Program-made: the position numbers and the translations under genes | Notes under the pieces: model-generated | The model's input: only the letters and a program-made list of their open reading frames with translations | The model's database searches: none | What the model was told of the DNA's origin: nothing | Shown: piece by piece, positions 59,814 to 61,575 of the stretch | How positions within the stretch are numbered: the stretch's first letter is position 1 | Layout of the letters: each line of letters opens with the position of its first letter | Source of the DNA: a virus | Lineage: Duplodnaviria > Caudoviricetes | DNA length: 61,575 nt | IMG/VR virus record: IMGVR_UViG_3300032081_000734 | Span: 1-61,575 of that record | Reading direction: 5' to 3' (one strand)

Positions 59814-60572
59814 TTAGATAACGCGAGTTTTTTCGTGACCTACCCTGATACGAGGATCACACCAGATCTCATATCCTGCTTCCTTCGCATCAAGACAGAA
59901 TGATACATCCTCTCCACACATATCCTGTACTGCCCCACTATCAAAGACTTGCATCTTCGGAGCAAACCATGGATACTTCATACCCTCATTCTCAAAGACT
60001 CCATGCTTGATTAGGATCCATCCGAAACCTGCATAATCAACTGTGAACGGTTGCTTACGCTTGGCCATCGTGTCAAGTGTCTCATGATTCATGACCCCAC
60101 CATTGTTGGTAAAGTCCTCTTCCTCTAGCCAGTGCGCCACAGAGGTGGTCTTTCCATCTTCTGTGCAATACCAACCAGAAGCAATGTCTTCGTCCATCAG
60201 AACCAACTGATAGAACTTCTCAGTGTTGAATACAATATCACTATCAATCCATAATTGATAATCATACTTTAACTTTCCATCCCAGGGAATCTGATCAGGT
60301 CCCCTAAGGACATTCGCTCCAAGACACTTGCATCTTGCAAAGTTTACCATGGAGGAATAGTCCTGACTGATCTGAATGCTCGCTCCGGCTTGCACTAAAT
60401 CAAAACAGAGTTGTACAAAGTTTTTTAGATATGTATATGATACCCCTCGACCAGGTAGACAGAATACTACTGTCTTTCCTTTGATTATCTCTTTAGCTTT
60501 GTCGTAGTCCCACTCTGAACTAGATGCTTTCTTCGCTGGCGGTTTCGCCTTGATCGTAAATCCTTTCGCCAT
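59814..60572 (-). CDS. GT-A fold glycosyltransferase-like protein
   Basis: NFAR, DxD (WIDSDIVF), GFG, GEDVSFC, RVGH. Confidence 0.75.
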   Translation of the reverse strand: MAKGFTIKAKPPAKKASSSEWDYDKAKEIIKGKTVVFCLPGRGVSYTYLKNFVQLCFDLVQAGASIQISQDYSSMVNFARCKCLGANVLRGPDQIPWDGKLKYDYQLWIDSDIVFNTEKFYQLVLMDEDIASGWYCTEDGKTTSVAHWLEEEDFTNNGGVMNHETLDTMAKRKQPFTVDYAGFGWILIKHGVFENEGMKYPWFAPKMQVFDSGAVQDMCGEDVSFCLDAKEAGYEIWCDPRIRVGHEKTRVI

Positions 60573-60595
60573 AATCTGAAATGATGAACTCAGTT

Positions 60596-60624
60596 ATTCT
60601 AACGTATTATATAGCGTCTGTCAA
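60596..60624 (-). promoter_or_regulatory. Sigma70-like promoter
   Basis: TTGACA-17 nt-TAGAAT, 24 nt upstream of the GT-A gene. Confidence 0.75.
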
Positions 60625-60809
60625 TCATCCACTGGGCAGTCCTCCCCAGTCTCTAATACAATGTCATTCCCGTCGCTATTCGCTATCAGACACGTCCCGT
60701 CATACCATCCCATATCATTCACCAGATACTCTGGAAGTAATATCATATAATCATGAGTCACTGGATCGATCTCTACAGTCAAATAAACTGGCCCAGAATT
60801 TTTTTTCAT
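60621..60809 (-). CDS. AbrB/MazE-like small protein (62 aa)
   Basis: ILLPEYLVNDMGWYDGT swapped-hairpin pattern; ATG at 60809 with AAGGA RBS. Confidence 0.65.
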   Translation of the reverse strand: MKKNSGPVYLTVEIDPVTHDYMILLPEYLVNDMGWYDGTCLIANSDGNDIVLETGEDCPVDD

Positions 60810-60982
60810 ACAACGTATTTTCCTTCTTCGATTATATATGGGACGGGGGTTTTCTAAAAAGTATTCCGTGTAATATAAAGCTCGCTTGGGTAACACTTTG
60901 TAGACTAGGGTAGTTAGGCGTTTTAATAACGGGGGGGCCATCGCCGCCTTAATTAACAACAACCGCACCGCCAATAACTGTC

Positions 60983-61007
60983 AAAAAAGGGGGCAATGTA
61001 GCCCCCT
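60983..61007 (-). terminator. Rho-independent terminator
   Basis: AGGGGGC-TACATT-GCCCCCT plus T run. Confidence 0.85.
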
Positions 61008-61012
61008 CTGTG

Positions 61013-61198
61013 TTATTCAAATGTAGGGATCTTATCTAATGCTTCCTGCTGATACTTGTCAGAACAGACACCTGCAAAGAATGAAGCTTCAGAGGGGAAG
61101 CGTTGACCTAAGGTGGGTTGAATGTCTGTCTTAGTGTTACGCTCTACCCAGCGAATCTGTTGAGATTCGATATCAGAGCACATGGAGAAGATTGCCAT
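61013..61198 (-). CDS. Hypothetical protein
   Basis: 61-aa ORF ending at the terminator. Confidence 0.65.
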   Translation of the reverse strand: MAIFSMCSDIESQQIRWVERNTKTDIQPTLGQRFPSEASFFAGVCSDKYQQEALDKIPTFE

Positions 61199-61209
61199 TT
61201 GATTGTGAG

Positions 61210-61338
61210 TTAGTAATCGATGTTGGAGTTAATGAAGCTTTCAACGTTGAACTTCTCTTCCTCCTCTAATTCACGAAGTTCGGGGATGTCATAGATCTCA
61301 CCTGGTGAATCCATGATTTCTGAAAGTAGGTCGTCCAT
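61210..61338 (-). CDS. Small acidic hypothetical protein (42 aa)
   Basis: MDDLLSEIMD... start at 61338 preferred. Confidence 0.6.
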   Translation of the reverse strand: MDDLLSEIMDSPGEIYDIPELRELEEEEKFNVESFINSNIDY

Positions 61339-61346
61339 AGTGTTAG

Positions 61347-61424
61347 TTAAAGAAGAATGAGAATGAGAACAATTGAATAGAATCGGGCATAACATGATGC
61401 CCACTCTTTCTTAGTTTTGATCAT
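61347..61424 (-). CDS. Possible 25-aa membrane peptide
   Basis: Hand-translated MIKTKKEWASCYARFYSIVLILILL. Confidence 0.4.
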   Translation of the reverse strand: MIKTKKEWASCYARFYSIVLILILL

Positions 61425-61480
61425 GTGGAGAATAAATGATGAAGCGATTAGAGTTGATTAATCGCTTCACTGTGTGAAAC

Positions 61481-61575
61481 TTAAGCGTACTCACAGAAGG
61501 TGTAACCGTTCACAAAATCATGGTTGACTTTGTTATCACGAATGAACCACTGATAATCCTTTTGAAAGACTCCAT
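61481..61575 (-). CDS. Partial hypothetical protein (3' end only)
   Basis: Open frame ...GVFQKDYQWFIRDNKVNHDFVNGYTFCEYA* entering from the window edge. Confidence 0.55.
   Translation of the reverse strand, partial: GVFQKDYQWFIRDNKVNHDFVNGYTFCEYA

Noticed and set aside
60810-60974. N-terminal 55-codon extension of the AbrB-like ORF
   Set aside because: Non-ATG start with no RBS; the ATG at 60809 has an RBS and a nearby TATAAT.

Overview
61.6 kb of a T4-like marine cyanophage (Kyanoviridae-type myovirus, probably infecting Synechococcus or Prochlorococcus; host is inferred). All credible genes are on the minus strand. In transcription order (right to left): small early-region ORFs, a structured non-coding gap, an AbrB-like gene, a GT-A glycosyltransferase-like gene, baseplate genes (gp25, gp6, a 4744-aa gp7-like protein, gp8, a 2476-aa virion protein), neck/tail/packaging/head genes (gp13-gp23, gp3), uvsY, uvsW, gp55, gp47, gp46, a small-ORF cluster with purS, a metallopeptidase/VWA + CobS-like AAA+ pair, a 2OG-Fe(II) oxygenase, gp45 and a pentapeptide-repeat gene. 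I saw no tRNA, CRISPR array, intron or intein. The most unusual observations are: (1) a recursively nested, tree-like six-domain repeat inside the gp7-like protein; (2) a 540-aa modular protein between gp16 and gp17 that looks like a prohead-protease-cleaved polyprotein with T4-style capsid-targeting motifs; (3) a G-[IVLF]-[GST]-[TS] motif scattered across unrelated virion proteins, next to a glycosyltransferase-like gene; (4) back-to-back sigma70 promoters at gp55, one firing antisense; and (5) a three-copy phage-specific promoter with no -35 box. Family assignments come from recognised motifs and synteny. No searches were run.
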